Shown piece after piece: positions 14,568 through 27,053 of a stretch of DNA of 64,000 nucleotides; position 1 is the first letter of the stretch; every line of letters begins with the position of its first letter. A model generated the notes under the pieces. The model did no database searches. It saw nothing but the letters and a program-made list of their open reading frames with translations, and had not been told where the DNA came from. The stretch comes from Lingula anatina (Eukaryota; Animalia; Brachiopoda): positions 53,236,788-53,300,787 of the forward strand of contig CM120640.1 of assembly GCA_051362555.1 (NCBI GenBank). The letters are read 5' to 3'. The position numbers were made by a program, and so were the translations under genes.

Positions 14568-16391
14568 CATGCATGCGCATGTGAGAATGAACATGCATTC
14601 TTGTCTGTGCATCCCAGCATGTGCATGCAGATACATGTGTGCATATACATATATGTGTTCAAACATACATGGCCCAAGATTTTTTTCTGTCTTATACTGA
14701 TGCCTACCATCAATGAAACATATCTGTGCTCCTCCATAACCAAGCACTTGTTTGATATGTCTCCAAGATCCACCAATAGCCCCCTGACGTTCCCTGTTGA
14801 AAAGATAAGCATAACATGGATATGATATGATATGATATGGTATGGTATGATATGATATGCAGGGGCGGACTGAGGTCGTCTTCTGGGTCTTCAGGAAGAG
14901 GGACAGATTTTCAAGTTTACATTGGCGCAGCACTGTGGGGCAACATTTTAGATAATGAAGTTTGATTGTTTGACAAGCTGCATGACTGTGATTCAGGACA
15001 CAGATTTTCCTTTTAAAAACTTTTATTCTATTATTTATTTATTTATTATTATTTCTTTCATTTGAAAACTGCATAGGAGAAGAAAGTTTTTTAGATGTAC
15101 AATTGTTCCAAGCTTTTCAGAAAAAATATCAGACAAAAAACTGAATGTAAATATAACATTTTCAACTGACCTTGGAAGTCCAGGGTTTGGATATCTGTAA
15201 GCCACTTTATCCGACAAATCTTGATATGCACTGAAGAAATCATTACTGTCTGATGGAGGAACTGTAGGTTTGTAAAAGTTTTGTTTCTAAAAATGTATAA
15301 AATGTGATAATATCAGCAACAACCCAGCGGGCAAATTATGTTGTTTTAACGTTGAAACAACATTGAACCATAACGTTGAGAAGACATTGGATAAACGTTG
15401 GATCTGAAAGTTGTGTCAACCTCAGATAGCAACGTTGTATCAACGTCAAAAAACAATGTTATATCAACCCCACCCAGCGGGAAATTAGCCTGGATGTGTT
15501 TAGCAGTAGGACATTTCTGATGGCTAAATATATGTAGAGTTTAAATGTATGGCCTTTAAGATAAAATTTCCAAGGTTTAGTTTAATATATAGTTCCTATA
15601 TATGTATATATATATATATATATATAACAAAGTCACAGTCTCCTCAACCTGTCTATCTATAATAGCAGGTTACCAAGAACTGATAACTCCATCACATTTA
15701 CAGCAACTTATTCATCCTAGTGTTAGCTGACCTTGCAAGGAATTCAGTTTATTGGAATGTATTTCTGAATAACAAGTTCAAAAAATTCACTAGTTAACTA
15801 AAGACACAAAACAACTGTCACTTTTACTTTAAAACCGTTTTGTTATTATTTTGATAAATTTAGTTACAGTATTGATAAACAAAGTATCACGTTTTCAATA
15901 ATTAATATTTTAAATTACAATCTATAACTGCAAGGTTGTGTCATTGACCAAAATACAACGTTGAGTCAACGTGGCTGGATCAACGTTGATTTTACCTTAA
16001 ATTTAGGTAGACAACAGCAATTCAATGTATCAACCTGTTTTCAATGTTGGTCCAACGTAACTATGCCTGCTGGGAACTCTAACCACTTCAAGTAACAGGC
16101 CAATAAAAATTTCAAAATACATTTTTTAAATGAACTTAGGAAATCTTATAACAAATATTCTTTTAATAATAATTATTGAAACAAGAGATAGATGCTTAAT
16201 TTTGACCTAAACATATAAACGGTGAAGCTGCCACATATTCTGACACAAAACAGAAACTATAATTTTAAGTAAACACCTGGTTGATTTTAGACCCAAACTT
16301 CACTTTTTTACCAAAAAAGGTCCTAGTAAATTTGAGTTATAAAAAATAAATACCGTTTGGCACTTATGGGGTAAATTTCAGAAAAATACAT

Positions 16392-16439
<48 letters not shown>

Positions 16440-17096
16440 AATTTAATCAGATCGCTATTTTTTAAAACTCATCCTGCCTTTTTATCAAACAAATCTCATT
16501 AGAAAATTTTAAGTATAACAAAAATACAGTTTGGTACTTATGTGAAGAATGTTGTAAAAATAAGAAGAAAAAACACAGAATAGGAAACAAAAAACTTAAT
16601 AAAAATAATCTGATCAGGTCCGTGTATGAACTCTGAACCTGAATTTTACTTAAAAAAGTCATTCAGTAAATTTAAAGTGAAACAAAAATTTGAACTGGCA
16701 GTGCTGGTGTGACCAAATGTGTCAGACAGCGATGGCATGGGCATATATGTCAGTTTATACAATCAGAAAAGCACTTCTGTTACTTTTACTTAGTGTCTTA
16801 TAGTGTCATTCCTTACCATTTTATAAGTTTTCCAGTTTGCTGCTGATACAGTCTGTGGAATATGGCCACTTTTTCTGGGGTTCAGCATTGGCATCCAATC
16901 ATTCATGCCAGCATAATTGGTCCTTTTTAAAAAGATGTATAATACAGTAGATGTTGAAATGGATAATTAGACAAAAGTAAACAAATCAAGGAGTTATATA
17001 AAAGTGGAATCAATTTAACTATGAGCAATCTTATCCTAAATATTAACTAGTTTACATGTAAAATAAAGAAATACTGGTAACAATTCTTTTTCATTT

Positions 17097-17187
<91 letters not shown>

Positions 17188-17381
17188 GGGGGGGGGGGGG
17201 GGGTACATGTTTTGCTGCCAGACCATGTTACCGTATTGAAAAAAACCTACTGTTTCCTGGAGAATGGCCTGTATCCTGCTCTTGAAGCTGGTGGTTGTGG
17301 AGTCATGAACAATTCTGCACCTGCTCCTCTGCCATGTTCTCCATAGCTACTGTATGACCTCTGCATGTAATCTGCTGCCAT
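13940..17381 (-). CDS. Uncharacterised 253-aa Pro/Tyr/Gly/Ser-rich protein (6 coding exons)
   Basis: Exons 17251-17381, 16817-16922, 15171-15286, 14708-14793, 14234-14452 and 13940-14043, all GT-AG with compatible phases (762 nt). Translation: MAADYMQRSYSSYGEHGRGAGAELFMTPQPP...GGSWRHIKQVLGYGGAQICFIDGLVRQYD...YSKYKGTYGLKE*. Acceptor at 17404 and an upstream exon with donor AAG|gtaagt at 18358. Confidence 0.85.
14508..14560. repeat. Compound (CT)n(GT)n microsatellite
   Basis: Seen directly in intron 14453-14707. Confidence 0.9.
15323..16074. mobile_element. CACTA/CMC-EnSpm-like non-autonomous element
   Basis: TIR CCCAGCGGGCA ... TGCCTGCTGGG, 2-bp AA flanks, subterminal (C)AACGTTG repeats at both ends. 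An inverted partial copy lies at 40927-41392. Confidence 0.75.
17100..17203. repeat. (CT)n microsatellite followed by poly-G
   Basis: Seen directly. Confidence 0.95.
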
Positions 17382-18985
17382 ATCTACCACAGAAATAGGT
17401 AGACCTGTAAGTGCAAAAATAACCAGTGTATGCTATGTGAAAAAGTCAGTAGTTGCCTTCTGTTGCAGGGTTGTCACAATACTCAATACTCAAAATACAT
17501 GCATTTACATCTATTGTGTAACATGTTAATAACAATACTGTAAAACGACCCCCGAAAACAATGTGAATAGATACATGAGACAAGTATTACCATGCAGACA
17601 GAACTAGAATACACACAAATGTGTAGCTGAGTTGCTAACACTGACCAAACGGATCTGGTATCCATGGGGAAAATATTTTTACAATTAATTTTTACTATTA
17701 AAGTTATTTTCAGTATTACTACAGCCAAAATATGTATGTTGCAAAAATATGAACATGTATGTTTCAGATGTGTATTCTACTGTTGACAACTGCCAAATGC
17801 TATAAAATAAAATTTCACTCAAAATTGTTTAAAAAAAGACGCAAAATTAGTTATTTGAAGTTCATTCGCCATGCTTTTCATTTTTGTTTTAAAATCAACA
17901 GGTGTACCTACTAGTAATTTGGCAAGCATACCTTTTTGTTATAATGTGTCAATTCTTAATTAAATGCCAGGATAACCAGTTGGCATTATGCATATACAGT
18001 ATACATGCATCACATTATCAGTGATAACGCACTATTCTCGCCTTTCTGCTTCAAACTCATTATTACTCGATGGTTTTGTCATACTTATAGGTCTAACTCA
18101 TTCTTACCAGGGATAAGTAAATGTACTGTAGAAGAGTAACTTCACCAAGAATGCACGTGTACGTAGGCCTACTCGTAACGTAAGACCTAATACAAATAGT
18201 CATAAATACTACAGTACGTAATAAAGTTGACTTTTTTTTTTGGAGATTTTATCCCCTATGTCCACAAATACTGTTAAAAATTGCCCACTCACAAGTGTTC
18301 CTTGATGAGATAAGTCACAAAGCAATGTCTGCAAAAGTGCTTTATCAATAGACTTACCTTCACTGTTGCCCGTAATCAAAATTAAAGAAAATCGTTGAAT
18401 CAACACCTGTGGTTGTCAAGATGCTACGCCATGTTGCAACAACCTGCAAGACAAGCCCAAACATCACAAGAGCAGAAACTGGCCGATGTGGACGGTCTTG
18501 CCAATGAGCGCCCCTTTTGAAAATGTCTGAAGCTGTCTGCTCAAGCTGTAACGTGGTTGACACGACAGCCCAGCCCATGCCTGCAATTATCTGAAGTTCA
18601 AAATATGAAGAATCATTTTCATGAGAGATCTTCAAACCACACACATATATGACGTTGAAGTTTCAATAAAGAGGCCGTCATACACAAAATACTCAGATAA
18701 ACCAAGGAGTTACAACAGTAGCCTAACTCCTTGGATAAACTGAAAGATTGCTGACTTTTCTCTTTTTCCAGTAAATCAGTAGACCTCTTGTTACTAAACA
18801 ACCGCTGTATGTTGAACTGTTTCTATATGCATGTGTGTCAAAGGGCAGTATACAAAATTTTCTTGGTCTTTCCAATGCTCATTGTAAAATGGTTCACTAG
18901 CCTGCACGTTACACCTTTCTCTCTCTCTCCCCCCCTCCCCCCCCCCCCCCAACAAATGACGGAAATTCAAAAGGCAAGGAATGCA

Positions 18986-19720
18986 CAGGGCCGTAGCCTG
19001 AGCAAAATGCCAGTAAGTAAATGGGCAGTAAGCGGACACGAGGGGGCGAAGCCCCCGAGGGGGAAGGGTGTGGGAGGGGGTGTCCCCCTCCCACGGTGTG
19101 GAAAATTTTTTAAAACTGTATGTAGGCTACCTGTATAATACTGATTCTGGTGAATTTTAAAGGGATAATAACTCTTCGTTTTGGCCAAAAAATGAATTTT
19201 CCTGGAGTAAACAACAATTTTCCCATACTTACCAATTTGGAAAGAAAATCATTTCAGTAGGCCCCTACAGTTATCTCTTGTTTACATTTTGGCATTTTGA
19301 AAGTGTGACTCTGAACTTCCATGGCCAATGGTTAATGAATCCATTTAATTTTACATTCAAAGTTAGTCCCTGGTTTTTTTCTAAAAAGTTTGGTTTTTTG
19401 TTAAAATCTCTTAACAGATTTTAACAGAGTTAAGCCATCAATGGAGGTCACGTGGTCTAAAGACAAGCTCAGATATCAGAATAATAGCTAGGCCTATAAC
19501 TGCCGTTTTTGTGGTAAAACAGAATATATTATATTTCTATGAGTTATTCACAATGTTTTTATTGTGAAATATAGATCTCATATGAAGAGTTATTATCCCT
19601 TTAACTGTTATTTATTGCTCAATCAGAAGTCAGAAATTGAGATTTTTTTGCACCTCAAATCCCAGGGGGGGGGGGCAGCTGCCCCCCCCCCCCCCTGCCC
19701 CCCCGGAGGCTACGGCCCTG
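18986..19720. mobile_element. hAT-like non-autonomous element with 5-bp TSD, host of a nested MITE
   Basis: TIR CAGGGCCGTAGCC / GGCTACGGCCCTG, flanked by ATGCA at 18981-18985 and 19721-19725. G/C-run subterminal hairpin. Confidence 0.8.
19161..19600. mobile_element. TTAA-target MITE (Kolobok-like), copy 1
   Basis: TTAA|AGGGATAATAACTCTTC ... GAAGAGTTATTATCCCT|TTAA. Second copy at 33316-33652. Confidence 0.85.
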
Positions 19721-22700
19721 ATGCATGTAGGTTTAACTGTTCACTCACCATATTACAGGCCTAAGTATGTACTTTTTTGGACTCCATTTTTTATTAGCAT
19801 GATTACCATCGAGATATAGGCCTACCATCGAGAACGCTGACGTCAGCCTTATAGTCGTGAGGGATGCACCGACACAGCACGCAGGCTTTCACTGTGCACT
19901 ATGCAAATGAACCTACAGTTCAGTCTACGGCGCGCAGTCTGGAGACCAGGAACAGAATGTCGGCACGTTTGTAAGGCTACTGAACAATTAAGTGATGGAT
20001 TTTCACTTGACCCGAGAAAATAGCAGATTTCTCCAGCTACCACATTCACGGCCTCAGAAAATGAAGCTTGGATTTGGTGGCATAGGCCTATAATGATTTC
20101 CATTTCGCCCGAAAAAGAATAGCTTTTTTCCCCTTCATTCGCAGATCCACAAAATGTAATCATTGACTTTATCAGATTTCCTTCTCGTGGATTTGCAATG
20201 ATTATTTTGATATTAATATTTTAAACCAAAGAAGTGAAAATAGTTTATTTAAAACTGTTTAACAGCGTTTATTTCAAGCGTTTATTAAAGGTTATTTATG
20301 AATTGGAAACTCGTGGATTGATGTGCAGTAGCTATGTAAGAAACGTTGAGGAGAGAGGAAAATCAGTTGCCTCTGTAGGACCAAGCTGTACTAACAACTT
20401 TCTATCCCCAAGAAGTCCACCTCCATGTCCGTCTTAAACTTTAAAACTTTAGCTATAATGTGGGGCACTTTTCTTCTTTGTGTGTATAATGTAGTGAAAA
20501 CAGACAGTTGTTTCAATGCGCTTTCTGGCAGAATATGATTTTTTTTTCATATGCTTTCCAAAAATCCATAATTAGATTTTAGATTGAATGCTGCGTGCGA
20601 TATTTGGGGCGAAGGAGATGAGGTGACGAGTAGGCCTAATCATTTTCAACATGCAAGTCGTAGCTACAAACGTGAAAAATCAATGCTGTCATTACAATGG
20701 AATATAGACAATTCAGTGTTTTTAATTTTATTTATTTTCTTTTTGTACATTTTCTTCCATTTAAAAAGGTTAGCGTTCTGTCGGTGCAATGCATGCTATC
20801 AACTTAACATACGATCCACAGTATCTATTAAGACATTCCTAAGGCGCTTAGGTCATTATGATTGATTCTTTTGAACCTAACCGGTCAACGAACAAGCCAA
20901 AATGCCAGGTCTGCATGATTCTGTTTTATTGAGTTTTTTTCATCACGCATCTGGCGTTAGAACCAAGATATCAGAAAATAGAAAGACTGTCTCTTTTCTC
21001 AGGGTCGCTGATAGAGTTAAATGCGCAGTATTAATGACAAAGATTTATTGCATTTAATAGGCATTTTATATCCACACGATGGAGTACCATTAGGATTATT
21101 AGCACACCTGCAAAATATCATTGTATCATTATCCTTGATAACAGATTATAAAATTAGTTTCAGCTGTATCACTTCTTTCCATACAAACGGTTAGATTCAG
21201 AGATTGCAACTTAAATAATGGCGCGATTCGTTAAATTATTTTGCACTGGTCGATTTCACTCTAAAGCTAATCTGACGCAATTATTAGATACGACGCTTTG
21301 AACACATAGATCGCCCTGAATGGGAAATTCGTGTTGAATTATGTATGGCTGCCTTGAAAACTGCATCAACTTAAATCAACTACAAATGCACCGGATGACA
21401 GACATCGCCCCCAGTCTTGTCAAACTGTAACTAAACTTCCGCAGAATTTTAGAGGTTTTAAATTCTACACAACTCAGGTAATGTGAGACGAACAACTGGA
21501 ATATAAAACATAAACCTGAATATATATATAAGAACGAATGTATATTATTAGCTTTGTGAAAAAACATTCAACGTTAAGTTTGCTGAGGCATACGTCGATC
21601 TAGAGATAATGATTCTTATTTTCGACATTTTTTTAGGTAAATTAACATTTGATCTGTTGTCCGTAGACAGCATCTCAAGCACATAATACAGGTGTATTCA
21701 TGTTTTAAGTCACGTTCGACACTGCTCTTTGAAAGAAATTTCTTGACAAGATGATCATGTTTTAACAACCTGAAACTATCGCATAGTCCTACTGCTACAG
21801 TACAATGACCGTAACTTGATGATCAACATCCTCTTCACAAATTACAAAATATCATGTTCCTGTATTTGAACTTGCGTGTGTGCTGTGTAGATATTGTACA
21901 TGCCCCCGTAATTGGTAGCTAACCATCAAAAATCACGCAAGCAGCATCTTGGCCATTTGCTTCTGTAAAAAAACATTAAATGACGTTTTTATGTGTTGGG
22001 GAAGGATTATCATTTAATTCTTTCATAAATCATTCTACTCACAAAAAAATGGTAGGCCTACATGATACTGTGTTTTTGATCTTCATCTGATGTTTAAATT
22101 TAAAGAAAAATTGAATGCTTATTATATAATACATGTACTTGTGCTTTGGTAGGCTTTATGAAATCAATTTTTTAACTTGGCTTAAAAATGTACCTTTGAT
22201 GAGTAACTGAATAATACCAACGCTATATCGTCTCTTATAATACATAATACATAATACCATTCACCATCTTACCGAAACACTTAAACCCGGCTTTACAGAA
22301 AAGTACGCGTATGTTTAAAACGAATAAGGGGGAAATCATTTTATAATTTGACCTAAGAGGGTTTACGATCTCAATGCTCATAGAGACGTTAGCCACCCCC
22401 TGCAGCATACATGTATATAAAAAATCCACATTAGTCAATCACAGTGAATTTATGTTGTTTCTTCGAGCCTACAAGAACAATTATTATTATATAGGGGAAA
22501 TTGATAAATGCTGTAAAAGACACGTGACATTCTATTTGGTAGGGAAAGCGAGTATTTGAAATAATCTAGTAATCTTTAATGTGATTTTTTTCTTATCTTT
22601 TCAACCTTATATCCAACATAAGATCCTTCTTTTAACCCATCTCTTCATGGAGGGTGTACATGTCTTTTCTCCGTCTTTTTGAAAAGTATGGATGCTAAAG

Positions 22701-25005
22701 CCGCTAGTTTGATTGGGAACAGAGGAAGTCACCTATATGCCTTCTGCCAGAGTCCATATTTTGGCAAATCATTACAAAAAAAAAAATGGAAAATAATAAT
22801 TGCGATTTTTGATTTGGTGTATGTATGTAGCTGCTAAAGATGTGACATATCATGGATATAGTCTACGGTGGACAATCTTGTAAGTAAAATGAAAACGAAA
22901 ATGTTCCAGACGAACGAAACGGTGTGCCTGTCTCGACCATACTACGGCCATAAACATCTAAGAAACAATAAAAAAAAGGGAAAAAAAAGAAAAAAGACGT
23001 TATCTTTTGCGGGACAAAATCACGGTGAAAAAGTGTGAAAGGGGGAGCTTTAGAATTCGGGAATAGGAATATGTAAATTGAGTTACAGCGTATGCAGACT
23101 TACGTTTGAGTTGCTTTTTCAAACAAATTCAATTATCGGGTTGTCATTGGATTCATTGGTTTGTCACATTCGCGACAACAGTGCTGTCTTTCTTCGCCCA
23201 TCATCGCCTTTCATCAGTCTTCTTTTTCTGAAAACTGTCTTCCTATTATACGTTTCATTTGCGTCAGTTAAGCACAGTGTGAACAGTTTGAAAGTTTCAA
23301 CTTGATATAAGCAAAGTGGCTGCATCTTCACGGCTTCTGAGTCTATATATGTCGCGGGGAATCATTATCAAAGATCGTGAGTGCAGAAATGCATTTTAGT
23401 CGATTCAGTCTTTATTTGTCGTCATGAAATTATCCAATTCAGGAATAGTTAAAAAACAATTCCTCCCATGCCAGCAATTTCCTTTTTTTAGCACATTTTT
23501 AACAGAGGCGTCTTTACACAATGTCCATGATATCATGCAACAGAAAAAGCAAAGAACTAAATTTTTTTGCATGATATTTTTTGGCACTTTGTCCTCCGTC
23601 CAGGTATACATTTACATGTATCATTGAATATATCACAGTTGATTTCGATGTACGAAATACAGCTTTATTCACATGTTCTAGTACACCACACATTATTACA
23701 ATACACGTACACGTACGAGGTAAATGGCTTTTTTTTTTTTTTTTTTTTTTTTTTTTTGATGATTATGCATGATTAACTTGTAGACATGAGATCCTTAGAA
23801 TGATGAATGTACATTTCGTTGTATGTTTTGTGTGCTTTGGTCTCTATTCATTATCAATTTGGGCTAAATCGATTAAACAGCAGCCAACGTATTCATACAT
23901 GTATATTGAGATAGATCGGAAAGACACTACATGAATCGGTTATTTCAAACATGAAACAAATAGATTTTTCACCCCTAACCGTCTCGTAATGAAATAGTAG
24001 ATAAAGTAAATTTCATCGATTAAACAGCTGATCGCGAAAGTGTTAAATATGCTTGGATTGGTTTCAGAGAAATGAAATATTGTTACAAAAACAAAATAAG
24101 CAACAGAGCAACAGAGCAACAGGTTTTATAAACAAATTCGTCAAAAGTTATAATGTAAAAGCAAAATTCAGAAATTGGCTGACATTATCTTCGGTGTTTA
24201 CATGGCTTTATCAGATTAACTTATGGTGATGAAATTGTCATACAAACTGACAAATGTCAATTTCCACAAAGAAAGGGCAAGACCTCCCGCCAACCTCTTC
24301 ATTAAGTTAATTATCAATATTTACCTAGTGAATTGGTTTCAGACAAATAAAGAATGATGGTTCCTTTTTAGTCTCTCATCATATTGATATGCTAGGGCAG
24401 CGATTATATACACAGTGCGAGTATTTACGAAAACCCATAATCCTTCATTTTATGTAATTTTATGTCAATGACCATAAGAACACTCTTACTTCCAGTCGCC
24501 TTAATATAAGTAGTACAGAGCTGTTTTAAAAAGTTGTCAGTGGCACTGAACCCTCAAAACTGACTAGCGAAAAGTACGCGTAGTTTCTCATAGTTCATAT
24601 AAACACAACATTTAACAAAAATTGAAACGTATTGTAATGTGAAATAAGATACCACCTAATTACTTTACAGACACGAAGGAGGCAAAGATTTCTGACAAAT
24701 TATTCTTATAAATTCAAAATAGTAAACCACCTTTTCAACCACAATGTCCGATCACGAAACAATTAAAAATGTACTGTTTATGATAGTTTGGAATGAGAAT
24801 AGGGATGGGGAAACCAAAGGACATTTGCAGAAGCAACTTTGTCTAGGCATTATTTCCATCCTTGATATGATCTATAAAAACATTTCAATTTTTTATGCCT
24901 CGTTATTTCTATAAAAATATATAAATGCCTTTATAACTTTTGATCAAAAATGAACGCATGTCACCGCGGAACGCCAAACTTCACTTTAAACGCATTGGGT
25001 AGTTA

Positions 25006-25167
25006 TTACGTCACGCCCCAATGGAATTAATTATTGAACCTTGGTCAGGATAGAAAAAATCACCCACGGAAAAAAGAGACTCCTAGAAAACCTACACGGA
25101 TCCTAGTTTATTGTGTCATCAAATCTGATTAGCCATGACAGTGACGTCGTTGGTTTCAGATATAAAG
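25006..25167 (+). promoter_or_regulatory. Putative core promoter of the neuropeptide gene (CRE-like sites + TATA)
   Basis: TTACGTCA near 25006, TGACGTCG at 25142-25149 and TATAAAG at 25161-25167, about 200 bp before the donor AAG|gtaggc at 25370/25371. Confidence 0.55.
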
Positions 25168-25189
25168 TCCCTTTGGATTGGCGTTATAT

Positions 25190-25370
25190 CTACATCGAAA
25201 CAAGGCGCCTGTAGAGAAAACAGTTGGAAACTCGAGTTGCATAGATAGAATATTCCAAGAAAAATTAAACGAGGAAAGAAGTAGTTAGGTTCAAACATTA
25301 ATTTCTGAGGGCAATTTACCAGAGTAACCGAGACAGTATCCTGTTACCTAGTTACGGGAATTAACAAAAG
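25190..25370 (+). other. Putative non-coding first exon of the neuropeptide gene
   Basis: Follows the TATA box and ends at a strong donor. The matching acceptor ctttgtcttttgcag ends at 28588, 2 nt before the ATG. The start position is estimated. Confidence 0.5.
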
Positions 25371-26622
25371 GTAGGCTTATGTTCACTTGTTTTTAGAAAC
25401 CACAGGTGTAATTGATAAAATGCTAGCTACCACTTAATTAATTAATTGTTTATTGGTCGCTCATTTGTTTTATTTGTTTTTTAAGATTACACAGTTAAGA
25501 GAGGCACAAGCGGACGTACTTTTGTCTCATAATTTTAACTTTTAAAAACTGCGAAACTGGCACGACTTAATGGTTACGTGCGTAGGACGTACTGAGAAGA
25601 CTTTTTAGTGGCATTAAAAATAAATAATACTTTAAGAAAAGAAAACATCAACTTTTAGTCAAGATACAACATGAATGTTGTTTATTTTCATTTACACAAT
25701 TTAAAGATATGATGAAATATAGAATTATTGGGTGAAAAACGGATGCAAGCTTAGCGCGTCCAGTTCATGAAATGTATTTTAAAGCCCATCTTTTTATGAT
25801 CGATAACGCGTTAAATTAAAAAAAAATGTCATCATATACTATAACTAAGATTTAAATGAACTGATAATTGAAAGTGTGAAAATATAATGGAATCATCACA
25901 GCAATCTGGTCGCAAGTTACACACGAATGGTATAACATCATTTTACGTTTACTGGTATAACATCATTTTACGTTAGAGCACTTGTATATGTTTCTGCAAA
26001 AACATCTTTGAGAGGAAGAACGTTTTCGACAATACCATTTAAAATACGTTTACCTTTAACAGAGCCTTCCCTTGCAAAGTGCCTGTACATTAAATTCATT
26101 CAATCAACACCAAATGTTACAAACGTATTTTATATCTCAATGTATAATAAATATTATTGTTAACAAAATACACGTATTGTGGTAAGGACTATTTTCAGTT
26201 CAACTTGTGTTATTGCTGTCACTCCTGTTGTCAGAAAGCAGTGTCTACACAAAACATGATATTAATTGAATTCACATAAATGCTGAGTGGATGGATAATA
26301 CATAGATAAAACAAGTTTTTGCATGTCAGGCATACAAAGGATAGACGTAACACACAGGTTTGGAAAAAAGCATTTCATATATATCTAACAAAGCATCAGG
26401 TTCATTTCATTTATGGACTCCCGATTCATTTTAAGTGTCGCGTATAAGTGCCCCTAGATGGTCTTATCTGCCGTGTGCCATGTTTCCAGTGACATTATGT
26501 CTACGTGACTAGCGTGAAAGGGTAAGGAAACAATAAAAAATAAGCATGCCCACACGATATGCATCTGACCAACATTATTCTCTACCAGACGCCCTTCTAA
26601 CTGCTACAAAATTGATCCGTAA

Positions 26623-27053
26623 GGTCCGCCATATTTGATCCGTGGATCAGAAGATCCTCGGATTCTTTATTCTGTTATTTTTATTATTATTTTATGGGCT
26701 TATTTGGGCCATTCGGATTAGAAGATCCGAATATCAGCTGGCCCAAGTCTCAAATATGGCGGACCATACATGAAAGGAAGACACCTTAATCCTGTGATGG
26801 TCTCTCCGCCTCTCACACGCCTCCCCACGCGTCGTCTTTGCAGGGCCACAGTTAATAAATTTCGGCTCCATTCGACCAGACGCGTGGGGAGGCGTGTGAG
26901 GGGCGGAGAGGCCACTACAGGATTAAGCGGCCTTCCTTTCATGTCGAGTCCGCCATAATGGAACCTCGGACCAGTTGATACTCGGAGCTTCTATTCTGAA
27001 TGGCCCAATTCAGAACAGCGGACTAACAGATTCGCGGATCAAATATGGCGACC
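26623..27053. mobile_element. GC-rich foldback element (~430-bp imperfect palindrome)
   Basis: Arms pair from the termini (ccgccatatttgatccg / cggatcaaatatggcg) to the centre (cacacgcctccccacgcgtc / gacgcgtggggaggcgtgtg). This explains the mirror-image ORFs on the two strands. Confidence 0.85.

Noticed and set aside
14178-14933. 251-aa ORF and overlapping ORFs as single-exon genes
   Set aside because: They consist of two real exons plus microsatellite-containing intron sequence.
18788-19819. Cluster of Gly/Pro-rich ORFs
   Set aside because: They derive from G/C runs of the hAT-like MITE and its flank.
26718-26958. Pair of similar ORFs on opposite strands (74 and 62 aa)
   Set aside because: An artefact of the palindromic element; no independent coding evidence.
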